DNA of 63,720 bases, the filler included, from Octopus bimaculoides (Eukaryota): NCBI RefSeq assembly GCF_001194135.2. It is 6 parts of 6 records of this genome, joined end to end, with 100 filler letters (N's around TTAATTAATTAA, not from the genome) between each part and the next. Parts side by side here need not be neighbours in the genome. Positions count along the whole stretch, not along the records: positions 46,479 to 53,044 come from NC_068981.1; positions 53,145 to 61,712 come from NC_069004.1; positions 61,813 to 63,720 come from NW_026352445.1; 3 more parts are not named here. One strand, written 5' to 3'. Made by a program: the position numbers and the translations under genes. Positions 51,535-63,449 of the stretch are shown here, in pieces. The notes beneath the pieces are model-generated. The model searched no databases. It was not told where the DNA came from and saw only the letters and a program-made list of their open reading frames with translations. Each line of letters starts with the position of its first letter. The first letter of the stretch is position 1.

Positions 51535-52855
51535 TCATTTTGTTTTTGTGTTAACATCTAATCAATAAATGAATTGGAGATATTTTTAAAATATTGTTTG
51601 TTGAGTTAATAGACAAGAGCTGAAGCACCTAAAAGCATAAACCATGGGTTTTATAAACATTTATTTAGGTTAGAACGGGTTAGACAGATTGTAATTAAAC
51701 CATCCCAACATGAAGTGAATACAACAGACTTTTAATGAGATCAGCTTCTAGAAACATCTACCTATCTAATTCCTGTTCCATACTCGAGTATCACAACCAT
51801 TTAATTATATTTGTATGTATATGTGTGCGTACATATATACGTGTATGTATGTAAAGTATATATACTTGCATGTGCAGGAGCGATAATATATACAGATACA
51901 CGTATGTACATATACATAAGAGTACGTCTTGTATGTGTAGGTGTTGATATGTATAAATATCTATATACATGTTTAATATATGCATGTGTATACATCTTCA
52001 CATATATATATATTCTTCTACTACTAAGCACTGACCTGTCCTTTAACCAACCTAACCTATATTCCCAAATCCTTCATTCCACCATTTTACTACCCCTACC
52101 CCCTCATTTCGGCTCTATCACTACATACCTGACACTCCTTTACTCTTTACCCTATCATATCTTTCTCTCTCTATCACCCCTACCTCCCCATTCCTTCTAT
52201 CAATTCATCTTGACTGACCAGTACACTTTCCCTCTTTCATCTCTTTATTATCTCTCTTCTTGCTTTTCTTTTTTTCTTTTCTTCCTGTTTTCCATTTGAC
52301 CTTACAAATACATCCCCAACTTTTAAGTCACTTTAAATAGAACCCTTCATTCAATAGCACCGTGTACAAACTCTATACTTGGAATGACCAATTTTAAATA
52401 CTATTGGAACTTACTCACAAGGTACTGGAATCTTATATGTATACCATTCTGCCTAAATAATGGATCTACAGATGCAATATCCCTGCATATCTCACATGTA
52501 TTTTCATTCCTCCACTTCACTCTCTTTTTCATATCTTATCTAAATTAACTATTGCTTAACCATTTTCTCACACCATCTCCAATGAAGGGATATATATAAA
52601 ACATCCCGGAAACAGGTGTAAGACCTTCTATTTATAAATGTTCTAAAATCTTTCACAGCCATAGATTTTTATCTCATTCTAAAAATTTTTTTATATACAC
52701 ACATGCTGATATATGACCTACGTTGGACTCCTTATTCACATGATCACCGAACCTGGAGCTTAACTACAGTCTGTCCAGAGCACTTACTCAGCATTACCTG
52801 ACACCTTTGGGTCTTATTGACACCATTACCTCTCATAACCCATATATATATATAT

Positions 52856-53044
52856 CATCATCATCATCGTTTAACGTCCGCTTTCCATGCTAGCATGGGT
52901 TGGACGATTTGACTGAGGACTGGTGAAACCGGATGGCAACACCAGGCTCCAGTCTAATTTGGCAGTTTCTACAGCTGGATGCCCTTCCTAACGCCAACCA
53001 CTCAGAGTGTAGTGGGTGCTTTTACGTGTCACCCGCACGAAAAC
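52856..53044 (-). mobile_element. Family S3 (RTE-like 3' end with (GAT)n tail), cut by a gap
   Basis: catcatcatcgtttaacgtccgctttccatgctagcatgggttgg..cagctggatgcccttcctaacgccaaccactc. Confidence 0.85.
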
Positions 53045-53144
53045 NNNNNNNNNNNNNNNNNNNNNNNNNNNNNNNNNNNNNNNNNNNNTTAATTAATTAA
53101 NNNNNNNNNNNNNNNNNNNNNNNNNNNNNNNNNNNNNNNNNNNN
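53045..53144. other. Assembly spacer N44-TTAATTAATTAA-N44
   Basis: Same 100-bp architecture. Confidence 0.95.
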
Positions 53145-53243
<99 letters not shown>

Positions 53244-53333
53244 CAGACACACGCATACACATACACAGACACACATATATACACACACAGATGCACACAT
53301 ATATATATATACACACACACACGTGTATGTATA

Positions 53334-53389
<56 letters not shown>

Positions 53390-53569
53390 CACACACACAC
53401 ACAAGCACAAACATGTGTATACATTTATGTCTACATGTGTGTATATGTATGTATACATATACAAATATCTATACAAACAATGTTTCGATGAACGAATCGA
53501 TCGATCGATGTGAGTGAAAATAACTATAAACTTTTGCATGTGTACATGTGTATTTATACATATACACAT

Positions 53570-53703
53570 GTACAAGTGTGCGGTTACGATGTTTGTTCCG
53601 CAACCACATGGTTCCAGATACAATCCTACAACACAGGACTTTCAGCAAGGGTCAACCAAAACCTTGGGAGTGGATTTGGTAGACAGAAACTGAAAGAAGC
53701 CGT
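53570..53703 (+). mobile_element. SINE family S2 5' part, interrupted by an S1 insertion
   Basis: caaccacatggttcc..accaaaaccttgggagtggatttggtagacagaaactgaaagaagcc. Confidence 0.72.
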
Positions 53704-53935
53704 AAGGTGGTGAGCTGGCAGAAACGTTAGCACGCCGGGCGAAATGCTTAGCGGTATTTCGTCTGCCGTTACATTCTGAGTTCAAATTCCGCCGAGGTCG
53801 ATTTTGCCTTTCATCCTTTTGGGGTCGATAATTAAAGTACCAGTTACGCACTGGGGTTGATGTAATCGACTTAATCCCTTTATCTGTCCTTGTTTGTCCC
53901 CTCTGTGTGTAGCCCCTTGTGGGCAGTAAAGAATA
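53704..53935 (+). mobile_element. SINE family S1, near-consensus, nested in S2
   Basis: aaggtggtgagctggcagaaacgttagcacgccgggcgaaatgcttagcgg..gagttcaaattccgccgaggtcg; flanked by duplicated agaaactgaaaga(a/g)gcc. Confidence 0.9.
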
Positions 53936-54004
53936 AGAAACTGAAAGAGGCCAGTTGTGTGTGTGAGACTCTCCTTGTCTTGACATCACATGATAGTTGT
54001 AAAA

Positions 54005-54627
54005 AGGGGAAAGTTGATTACATTGACGCCAGCACTTGACTGGTACTTATTTTGTAGACCCTGAAAGGATGAAAGGCAAAGTCAACCTTGGTGAAATTTG
54101 AACCCAGAATGATATGAACCAGAAGTGTTGCTAAGAAATTTTGTCCAGCATGCTAACAGTTCTGCCAGCTCATAATAATAATAATAATAATCCTTTTCTA
54201 CTAAAGGCACAAGGAATGAAACTAGTTGATTACATTGACCCCAGTGTTTCACTGGTACTTAATTTATTGACCCCAAAAGGATGAAAAGCAAAGTCAACCC
54301 CAGTAGAATTAGAACTCAGAATGCACAGAGAAATGAAATGCTGCTAAGCGTTCCATGCATCGTGCTTATTATTCTGTTAGCTTACCACTATAATAACAAT
54401 AATCTTTTCTACTCCAGGCACAAGGCCCGAAATTTCTGGGGAGGGGGGGGGGAGGTCAGTCGATTAGATCGACCCCAGTATACAACTGGTACTTAATTTA
54501 TTGACCACAAAAAGAATGAAAGGCAAAGTCAACCTCGGTGGAATTTGAGCTCAGAACACGAAGACAGATGAAATACTGCTAAGCATTTCGCCCAGCATGC
54601 TAATGTTTCAGCCAGCTCACCGCCTTA
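54005..54627 (-). mobile_element. Three head-to-tail S1 SINE copies separated by (TAA)n
   Basis: Copies at about 54005-54172, 54192-54388 and 54404-54627, each with gatgaaa(g/a)gcaaagtcaacc..gaac(c/t)cagaa. Confidence 0.85.
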
Positions 54628-54632
54628 TCATG

Positions 54633-54666
<34 letters not shown>

Positions 54667-55299
54667 TAATCTTTCGATAAGGTATAAAAGAGGCCAATAT
54701 TTTTAGTGGAGCAAGTATAGGTATTTGAAGCAAATCCTAGAATTATGATGTTATTTTATGAGCAGTAAGAGATTTAGATGATAAAATTTAGTTCTTTAAA
54801 CAATAAAACTATCTCACGGCACCTCCTTTACAAACCTTAAGATATTGATTGTCTCTGTGACACATTTGGAATTACAGTTCTACCAAACAGACACCAATGA
54901 GTGAGAAGATACTACATGATATATATGACAGCAAGCTTGTATCGTCTGTTGGCGTTGTGTTCTAGACGAGACAATAGTCTATATCAAACAGGAAATCACT
55001 GGATTTCACACCACAAACCGTACAAACACGAACATAACCAGTTGTTGTCATAGAACATAATCAGTAGTTGTTGATGTAGTGATGGTGGTGTGGTGAGTGG
55101 TGATTGCTGTTATCATAGCTGTTGTTGTTGTTCTTATTGTTGTTGCTATATGTGAAGTTATAGATTTTTTCCTGTTGTTGTTGTTAGTTTTGTTGTAGTT
55201 GTGACTATTGTTTTAATCGATTATTGTATTGTAGTTAGATCTGTTGTAGCATTTTTTTGTCGTTGTTGTTGTTGTTATTCTTTCTTTTTTTTTTTACTC

Positions 55300-55478
55300 A
55301 TTTCAGTTATCAGACTGCGGCCATGCTGGAGCACTACCTTAAAGAATTTTTTTAGGCAATTTTTTTTTATTTTTCAATGCCTAGTACTTATTCTATTTGT
55401 CTCTTTTGCCGAACCACTAAGCTGTGGGGATGTAAACACACCAGCACCCATTGTCAAGCAGGGGGGGGGGTTGAACAA

Positions 55479-55511
<33 letters not shown>

Positions 55512-55640
55512 GCAGGCTTCTTTTAGTTTCCATCTACCAAATCCACTCATGAGGCTTTGGTCAGCCCAAAACTATAATAGAAGACACTTGTCCAAGTTGC
55601 CATGCAGTGGGACTGAACCCAGAACCATGTGGCTGAGAAA
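55300..55640 (-). mobile_element. SINE family S2
   Basis: gactgcggccatgctggagcac..ttttgccgaacc..ggcttcttttagtttcc..cagtgggactgaacccagaaccatgtgg. Confidence 0.85.
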
Positions 55641-55829
55641 TGTAATGTTCTTGTTTTTGTTGTTATTGTCATTTTGTTTGACTGTTTTTGACATTGCTTT
55701 TGTTACATAGGTTGTTGTTGTTGCTGAGGAGGGGGGGGTATTTCTCGTTGTTGTTGTTGTTGTTGTTTTACTGTTTTGACATTGTTGTTGTACATTGTTT
55801 TATTCTTCTTCGTTGTCATATTTTTTACC

Positions 55830-56039
55830 TTTCGTTTCAGTCCTTAGACTGCGACCATACTGGAGCACCGCCTTGAAGAATTTTCAGTCAAATGAATTAG
55901 CCCCAGTACTTATTTTTCTTTTTAAGCCTTGTACTTATTCTATAGTTTTTATTTTTGTCAAACTGCTAAGTTATGGGGATGAAAACGAACCAACATTGGT
56001 TGCCAAGCAGTAGGGGGAGACAAACACTGATGCAAAGAT

Positions 56040-56078
<39 letters not shown>

Positions 56079-56214
56079 ACAGGCTTCTTTCAGTTTCCAT
56101 CTACCAAAGCCTTATTCTATAGATTTCTTTTGTCAAACTTAAGTTACGGGGATGCAAACAAACCAACATCGGCTGCCAAGCAGTAGTGGGAGACAAACAC
56201 TGATGCAAAGACAC

Positions 56215-56245
<31 letters not shown>

Positions 56246-56395
56246 ACAGGCTTCTTTCAGTTTCCATCTACCAAAGCCTTTGGTCAGCCCAATGCTATAG
56301 TAGAAGACACTTGCTCAAGGTGCCATGCAGTAGGATTGAACCTGAGGCCATGTGGTTGGGAAGCAAGCTTCTTACCACTCGGCCACACCTGTGCC
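55830..56395 (-). mobile_element. SINE family S2 with internal tandem duplication of about 175 bp
   Basis: ttattctatag..caggcttctttcagtttccatctaccaaagcc occurs twice (about 55936-56110 and 56111-56279). Confidence 0.85.
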
Positions 56396-57199
56396 CGTCA
56401 ATGTTTTTTAAATGGCTTATACAATGACAATAATATTCACTCAGCAGGTAGTGTAGGCATAGCCTTAGATTCAACCTCTAGCCAAACAAGAACAGCATCG
56501 TCATCATCATCATCGTCAATATCATCAGCATTGAAAGATGGACAGATTGAAGAAGAGGGATCACAGGGTGTGGGTGGGAGCGGGGGAGAACAACCTGAAG
56601 CCTAAATTAGAAGAAAGAAAGAGAAATTATAAAGAAATAAAAGGAAGGTGTTTAAGTTATTAAGTGTGATTAAGAGCAATTATATTGTCAGAACGATCTC
56701 AAGAACTGTGGTCAGTGACTTCTGATGGTCAGTGGGGGGGGGGGGCTACAAGAATGGACAGCATCGTTGTGTGTTGTGTGTGTGTGTGTGTGTATCAGAA
56801 CTGCTGTTAGATAATAGCAATGAAGCAATGGTGGTGATGGTGGTGGTGGTGGGGATTAGAAGGTAAGAGATGGTGAAAGGGGGAGGAGGAGGAGAGGTGA
56901 GAAGAGTGGCGAGGGAAAAGAGGAGTGAGAGGGGTAGGAGGAGATGAGGAGGATGAGACGCATTTATGCAAGCACACACACACAAACATACATGTGCGTG
57001 CATACACACACACACACACACAAAGCAATGCTCACGTTTAGAGTGATTTAATCCGTTCCTTAAGCAAACCAGCTGACTTTTTATCACAATAACCATCACC
57101 ATCACCATCACCATCATCATCACTACCCACCACCAGCATCCCCACTGTAGCCACTATCATCTCCACCTCAACAACCATCATCATCATCACCACTACCAC

Positions 57200-57232
<33 letters not shown>

Positions 57233-57374
57233 AACCATCAACACTACCACCACCACCAGCATCATTATTTTCCTTTCTGGTGCTAGTAGGTTTGATATAA
57301 CAACACATTTCCAACAACCAAAATACTCAGAAAAATGAATTCACCACCACCACCACATCACCACCATAGTTCTG

Positions 57375-57570
57375 TTACTCTTTTACTTGATTCAGTCATT
57401 TGACTGTGGCCATGCTGGAGCACCGCCTTTAGTCGAGCAAATCGACCCCAGGACTTATTCTTTGGAAGCCTAGTACTTATTCTATCGGTCTCTTTTGCCG
57501 AACTGCTTGGTTACGGGGACGTTAACACACCAGCATCGGTTGTCAAGCGATGTTGGGAGAACAAACACAG

Positions 57571-57605
<35 letters not shown>

Positions 57606-57777
57606 CATATATACAACGGGCTTCTTTCAGTTTCCATCTACCAAATCCACTCACAAGGCTTTGGTCGGCCCGAGGCTATAGTAGAAGACACTTGCCCAAG
57701 GTGCCACGCAGTGGGACTGAACCCGGAGCCATGTGGTTGGTAAGCAAGCTACTTACCACACAGCTACTCCTACGCCT
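57375..57777 (-). mobile_element. SINE family S2, full length, near-consensus
   Basis: Complete from aggcgtaggagtagctgtgtggtaagtagcttgc (reverse complement) to the gagtaa tail. Confidence 0.92.
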
Positions 57778-58004
57778 ATGTTATTCTTTATAAGAGAGAG
57801 CTTCAATATTGTTGCTTAATCTGCTAGAAAAGGCAGCCAAAATCTCTCACATTTACACCTTGATATCTTATCAATCTGCAAAGTGGTCTACGTCAGACAG
57901 ATATATTGGATTAATGTGCCCCTACAATGTGTTAGGTGTGGAAATGGGAAAATGGTTGAATAGTCCTGTTTGGGATGTCTTTTATCTTAATTCTTTTTGC
58001 CTTT

Positions 58005-58465
58005 ACATGTCTCAGTCATTTAACTGCAGCCATGCTGAAGCACCACCTTAAAGGGTTTTAGTTGAAGAAATTGTCCCCAGGACTTATTCTTTGTAAGCCT
58101 TGTACTTATTCTATCAGTCTCTTTTGCTAAACTGCTTAGTTACAGGGACGTAAACACACCAACATTGGTTGTCAAGTGATGGTGGGGAGACAAACACAGA
58201 TATATCATCATCATCATCATCGTTTAACGTCTGCTTTCCATGCTTGCATGGGTTGGACGATTTGACTGAGGACTGGTGAAACCAGATGGCTACACCAGGC
58301 TCCAAATCTGATTTGGCAGAGTTTCTACAGCTGGATGCCATTCCTAACGCCAACCACTCCGAGAGTGTAGTGGGTGCTTTTACATGCCACCGGCACGAAG
58401 GCCAGTCAGGCGGTATACACATACATGATGGGCTTCTTTCAGTTTCCGTTTACCAAATCCACACA
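58005..58465 (-). mobile_element. SINE family S2 split by an S3 insertion
   Basis: S2 sequence stops at gacaaacacagatat (about 58200) and resumes at gatgggcttctttcagtttccg (about 58427). Confidence 0.8.
58205..58414 (-). mobile_element. Family S3 copy nested in S2
   Basis: (cat)n-cgtttaacgtctgctttccatgc..gccaaccactccgagagtgtagtgggtgcttttac. Confidence 0.85.
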
Positions 58466-59069
58466 AAAGGTGGACGATGGAGGCGGTGGTGGTGGTGGTG
58501 GTGGTGGCTGGTGGAGGCGGTGGTGAATGGTGGAGGTAGTGATGGGTGGAGGCAGTGGTGGTGGTGATGGAAGAGGTGTTGATGATGACAATGATGGTGG
58601 CGGTGTTGATGATGATGATGACAATGGTAACGATGAAGATGATAATCTAATGCTAATGATGATAGTGCAGGTGATTACTATAAATGAGAGTGACAATAAT
58701 GATAATACTGGTCACTATGACGACGACAATGACAATGATGGTGATGGTGGTGGTGGTGGTGGCGCCGTACCAGCAAGTGGGGGGAGGAGAAACAAAAAGG
58801 AAACATAAATAGTAAAATACTAACCTCACTGGAAAAAAAAAAGTTTAAACAAAACAAAAATTATAATTAAAAACAACAACAACAACAACAAATGAGATAA
58901 TAATTAGATCCATTTAGAGAAATAAAATATTGTAATCCGTTTAATTAATATCTATAATATCAAATAATTAATACTCATGCATGACAGGTGTCATTACGAA
59001 GGGATGCTAATGAAAATAAACTTTATTTTTTTAATTAACGAGCAAACGACTAAAGCTCTCACTTAACGG

Positions 59070-59633
59070 ACTAATGGATGTATGCATGTGTGTGTGTGTC
59101 CACTTTATGTGTGTATGTTTATGTGCACTGTTTGTATATGTGTATGTGAGTGTGTGTGTGTGTGTGAGAGCATGCTTGTGTATATGTACAGGTGTGTGTG
59201 TGTGTGTGTCTGCTTTGTGTGTATGCATGTGTGTATATGTGTGTGTGCATGTGAGAGCATGCTCGTATATATGTAAAGGTGTGTGTGTGTGTGTGTGTAT
59301 GCATGTGCGTATGTATGTCTGCTTTGTGTGTATATGTATATGAGTGTGTGTGGGCATAGTTATATGTGTGTGTGTGTGTGCGTGTATGTCCACTTTATGT
59401 GTGTATATTTATGTGCACTATGTGCGTGTGTATGTATGTGTGTATATGTCTGCTTTATGTATGTTTAAGTACACTGTATGTATATGTGTAAGTGTGTGCA
59501 TGTGAGAGCATGCTCGTATATATGTAAAGATGTGTGTGTGTGTGCACTATGTGTGTATGTATATGTCTGCTTTGTGTGTGTATGTATACGAGTGTGTGTG
59601 TGCATATGCATGGGAGAGTGTGCGTGGGCATAG

Positions 59634-59682
<49 letters not shown>

Positions 59683-59700
59683 ACTATGGACATGTGTTTG
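59070..59700. repeat. GT-rich compound microsatellite with recurring higher-order blocks
   Basis: Recurring gtccactttatg, gagagcatgc, gtctgctttg and gggcatagtt blocks. Confidence 0.85.
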
Positions 59701-59719
59701 TGTTTGTGGTGTTATTCTT

Positions 59720-59870
59720 TTACTAGTTTGACACATTAGACCATGACCGTGCTGGAGCACTGCCTTGAAAAGTTCAGTCAAACAAATCAACACTAGTACT
59801 TATTTTTAAAGTCTGGTACTAATTCTATCAGTTTCTTCCTGCCAAACTGCTAGGTTATGGAGGACTCATA
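59720..59870 (-). mobile_element. SINE family S2, 3' part
   Basis: gaccgtgctggagcactgccttgaa..ggtactaattctatcagtttc..ctgctaggttatgg. Confidence 0.7.
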
Positions 59871-59987
59871 ACTTAGCAATTTGGCATTAGATGTGGATTG
59901 ATGAGAGACAAACAGAAATAAGTATACACCCATCCACATACATACATACAAAAATACGCAAGACTTATTGCGGCAAGCAAAAGCGAA

Positions 59988-60350
59988 ATCGAGATGGCAC
60001 CTGTGCCCAGCGTCGCCTTTCTGGCACTTGTGCCCGTGGCATGTGTAAGGACTTTCAAGCGAGATTGTTGCCAGTGCCTCTGGACTGGCTCTTGTGTGGG
60101 TGGCACATAAAATACACCATTTTGAGCGTGGCCATTGCCAGTACCCGCTGACTGGCCTTCGTGCGGGTGACACGTAAAAGCACCCACTACACTCTCAGAG
60201 TGGTTGGCGTTAGGAAGGACATTCAGCTGTAGAAACTCTGCCAAATCAGATTGGAGCCTGGTGTAGCCATCTGGTTTCACCAGTCCCCAGTCAAATCATC
60301 CAACCCATGCTAGCATGGAAAGCGGACGTTAAACGATGATGATGATGATG
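59988..60350 (+). mobile_element. Family S3, longest copy
   Basis: ..gtggttggcgttaggaaggacattcagctgtagaaac..catgctagcatggaaagcggacgttaaac(gat)n. Confidence 0.87.
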
Positions 60351-60404
60351 TATATAGCTTGATTCAATGGGGATCTATTGAATAGACGAGGCCATGGCTG
60401 GACA

Positions 60405-60665
60405 GTATGACACATCACATGATCACATGACCAACCAGGTTATCAGATGTTGTTACACATCGCTGGTCACAATGCGCTTTGCATTGCTTTAGCTTTCGAA
60501 TGATGTCAGCCCCCTCCCCTGGCTAGGCGAGCAAGCCAACATACCCTGTTGATCAAGGAAGCAGAGGACTGGAGCAACACGAAATGAAGTGTTTTGCTGA
60601 AGAATACAATGTACCACCCAATCAAAGAATTGAACCCACAATCTAGTAATCACAAGTATGACACA
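60405..60665 (-). mobile_element. tRNA-derived SINE (S4) sharing the S5 central block with a different 3' end
   Basis: Minus strand gtgggttcaattc..caaaacacttcatttcgtgttgctccagtcc..gcattgtgaccagcgatgtgtaacaacatctgat. Confidence 0.6.
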
Positions 60666-60860
60666 TATCAACAGATAAGGCATATCATTATTTACCCCAT
60701 TTAATTATGATTTCACCTGAAGATTTCAGAGATTCAATGTTACGCATTGCATATTCTTATGAAGATTCCATATCTCTTTACACCTACTTGTATGCTGTTA
60801 CATGACAAAATTTCTTAATGAAAGATTTGTAGATATAGCATAAAATCCATCCCTCCATTA

Positions 60861-60892
<32 letters not shown>

Positions 60893-60894
60893 TA

Positions 60895-60940
<46 letters not shown>

Positions 60941-61712
60941 GATATGTATGCATATATAAACATATGTATAAAGTAAGCAAGCGCTCAGCTGTTATTTGCA
61001 AATGATGAATGATTATGGAAATTGGCATCTTCTGCTGAATTAAATGCTGTATCTTAACAAGTTCAATCTCAGACTGCAAGGTGATTCTGATCCGTTATGT
61101 AACAGATACCCAGCTGTGAAAGCATTTCAAAGTAAATTACAGTTTTCCACCCTCAGCAAAATAATAAATAACTTCAATCTCTTTTCATGCTGTTAAAATA
61201 CAACCAACAAGTAAAATTCTCCACATTCTATAGAATTTGTTGAAGACATTTTCATTAGCCTTGAGGCAACAATTCCAATTGCAGCTTTTTTTTTCTTTTT
61301 TCTTTTTTTTTTTTTGCTTGCTTCTTCCCAAATGTTGATGGAAGATCTGTGAAAGCAGTAAAAATCTTTCGGAATTCATTTGACTGTATTATCAAGGAAT
61401 GTCGATCAGTTATTCCACAGAAAGTTAATAAACCAACAGTCCTATGACACGTTTAAAAGACAAGCGTGAATGAAAGATTTGATTGACTTCTGTAAATGCC
61501 CCATGGACTCAAAGACATATTTCTTCAACAAGATCTACTGCACAAGAAAATGAGTTTCGGTATTTGGTGCAGCCAGTTAATATGTAATGAAAGATGTGAA
61601 GTTAACAAGTTCTCTTCCAAGCTACATGCCTTCTGGGTTCAGTCACAATGCATGGCACTCTGGGCTGAAGCCCTTTGTATGTATGTATATATGCATACAT
61701 ATATATATATAT

Positions 61713-61812
61713 NNNNNNNNNNNNNNNNNNNNNNNNNNNNNNNNNNNNNNNNNNNNTTAATTAATTAANNNNNNNNNNNNNNNNNNNNNNNNNNNNNNNN
61801 NNNNNNNNNNNN
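61713..61812. other. Assembly spacer N44-TTAATTAATTAA-N44
   Basis: Same 100-bp architecture. Confidence 0.95.
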
Positions 61813-62392
61813 GACAGGAAAACAAGAAAAATAATGACAGGATCTATGATGCACCACCCAAATTCTGACATAGGAAGGCTATATATACAACGTACAGAAG
61901 GTGGCAGGGGTCTTATACAGCTGGAAAACTATTATAAAATAACCACCATAGGACTGCAAGAATACCTACTTCAGAAGCAAGGAAAACTAATACAAATAGC
62001 CACAAAACACATGCAAAACAAAAAAAAACTATTTTCAGTATTTAAGGAAGCTGACAAATACAAACAATAAATACGAAGAAGAAGAGGAAAAAGCAGAAGA
62101 AAAAGAAACAACAAAAGCAATAAAACAAATGAAATCCAAACTAAAACTTGAACAGCAACGGACCATGATAAAACGATGGCAAGAAAAGGCCCTACATGGT
62201 AAATACTGGGCTAAACTAAATGCAAAAGAAATAGACAGAGAAAAATCCCAGCAATGGTTGAGAAGCTCAGGACTCAAAGCAGAGACTGAAGGATTTTTAA
62301 TTGCTGCACAAGACCAAAGCATCCCCACCAGACATTACCAAAAACATATAATGAAAAGAAACATAACAAGTAACTGCAGAATATGTGGCGAT
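61813..62392 (+). mobile_element. R4/Dong-like LINE of the same family as element B, running into a gap (element C)
   Basis: DRKTRKIMT..HHPNSDIGRLYIQRTEGGRGL, then WQEKALHGKY..WLRSSGLKAETEGFLIAAQDQSIPTRHY..CRICG. About 95% identical by eye to 32581-32780; one stop/frameshift near 62068. (AAT)n follows the gap. Confidence 0.93.
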
Positions 62393-63275
62393 NNNNNNNN
62401 NNNNNNNNNNNNNNNNNNNNNNNNNNNNNNNNNNNNNNNNNNNNNNNNNNNNNNNNNNNNNNNNNNNNNNNNNNNNNNNNNNNNNNNNNNNNNNNNNNNN
62501 NNNNNNNNNNNNNNNNNNNNNNNNNNNNNNNNNNNNNNNNNNNNNNNNNNNNNNNNNNNNNNNNNNNNNNNNNNNNNNNNNNNNNNNNNNNNNNNNNNNN
62601 NNNNNNNNNNNNNNNNNNNNNNNNNNNNNNNNNNNNNNNNNNNNNNNNNNNNNNNNNNNNNNNNNNNNNNNNNNNNNNNNNNNNNNNNNNNNNNNNNNNN
62701 NNNNNNNNNNNNNNNNNNNNNNNNNNNNNNNNNNNNNNNNNNNNNNNNNNNNNNNNNNNNNNNNNNNNNNNNNNNNNNNNNNNNNNNNNNNNNNNNNNNN
62801 NNNNNNNNNNNNNNNNNNNNNNNNNNNNNNNNNNNNNNNNNNNNNNNNNNNNNNNNNNNNNNNNNNNNNNNNNNNNNNNNNNNNNNNNNNNNNNNNNNNN
62901 NNNNNNNNNNNNNNNNNNNNNNNNNNNNNNNNNNNNNNNNNNNNNNNNNNNNNNNNNNNNNNNNNNNNNNNNNNNNNNNNNNNNNNNNNNNNNNNNNNNN
63001 NNNNNNNNNNNNNNNNNNNNNNNNNNNNNNNNNNNNNNNNNNNNNNNNNNNNNNNNNNNNNNNNNNNNNNNNNNNNNNNNNNNNNNNNNNNNNNNNNNNN
63101 NNNNNNNNNNNNNNNNNNNNNNNNNNNNNNNNNNNNNNNNNNNNNNNNNNNNNNNNNNNNNNNNNNNNNNNNNNNNNNNNNNNNNNNNNNNNNNNNNNNN
63201 NNNNNNNNNNNNNNNNNNNNNNNNNNNNNNNNNNNNNNNNNNNNNNNNNNNNNNNNNNNNNNNNNNNNNNNNNNN

Positions 63276-63276
<1 letters not shown>

Positions 63277-63331
<55 letters not shown>

Positions 63332-63374
63332 CAATAATAATAATAACAATAATAATAACAACAACAACAACAAC

Positions 63375-63440
<66 letters not shown>
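63277..63440. repeat. (AAT/AAC)n microsatellite
   Basis: Read directly; lies between element C (gap) and element F. Confidence 0.97.
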
Positions 63441-63445
<5 letters not shown>

Positions 63446-63449
63446 TAAT

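Noticed and set aside
60888-61120. Minus ORF containing SIIIHHLQ as a candidate HRD exon of Raf
   Set aside because: No HRDLKSN motif and no GTATCC donor.
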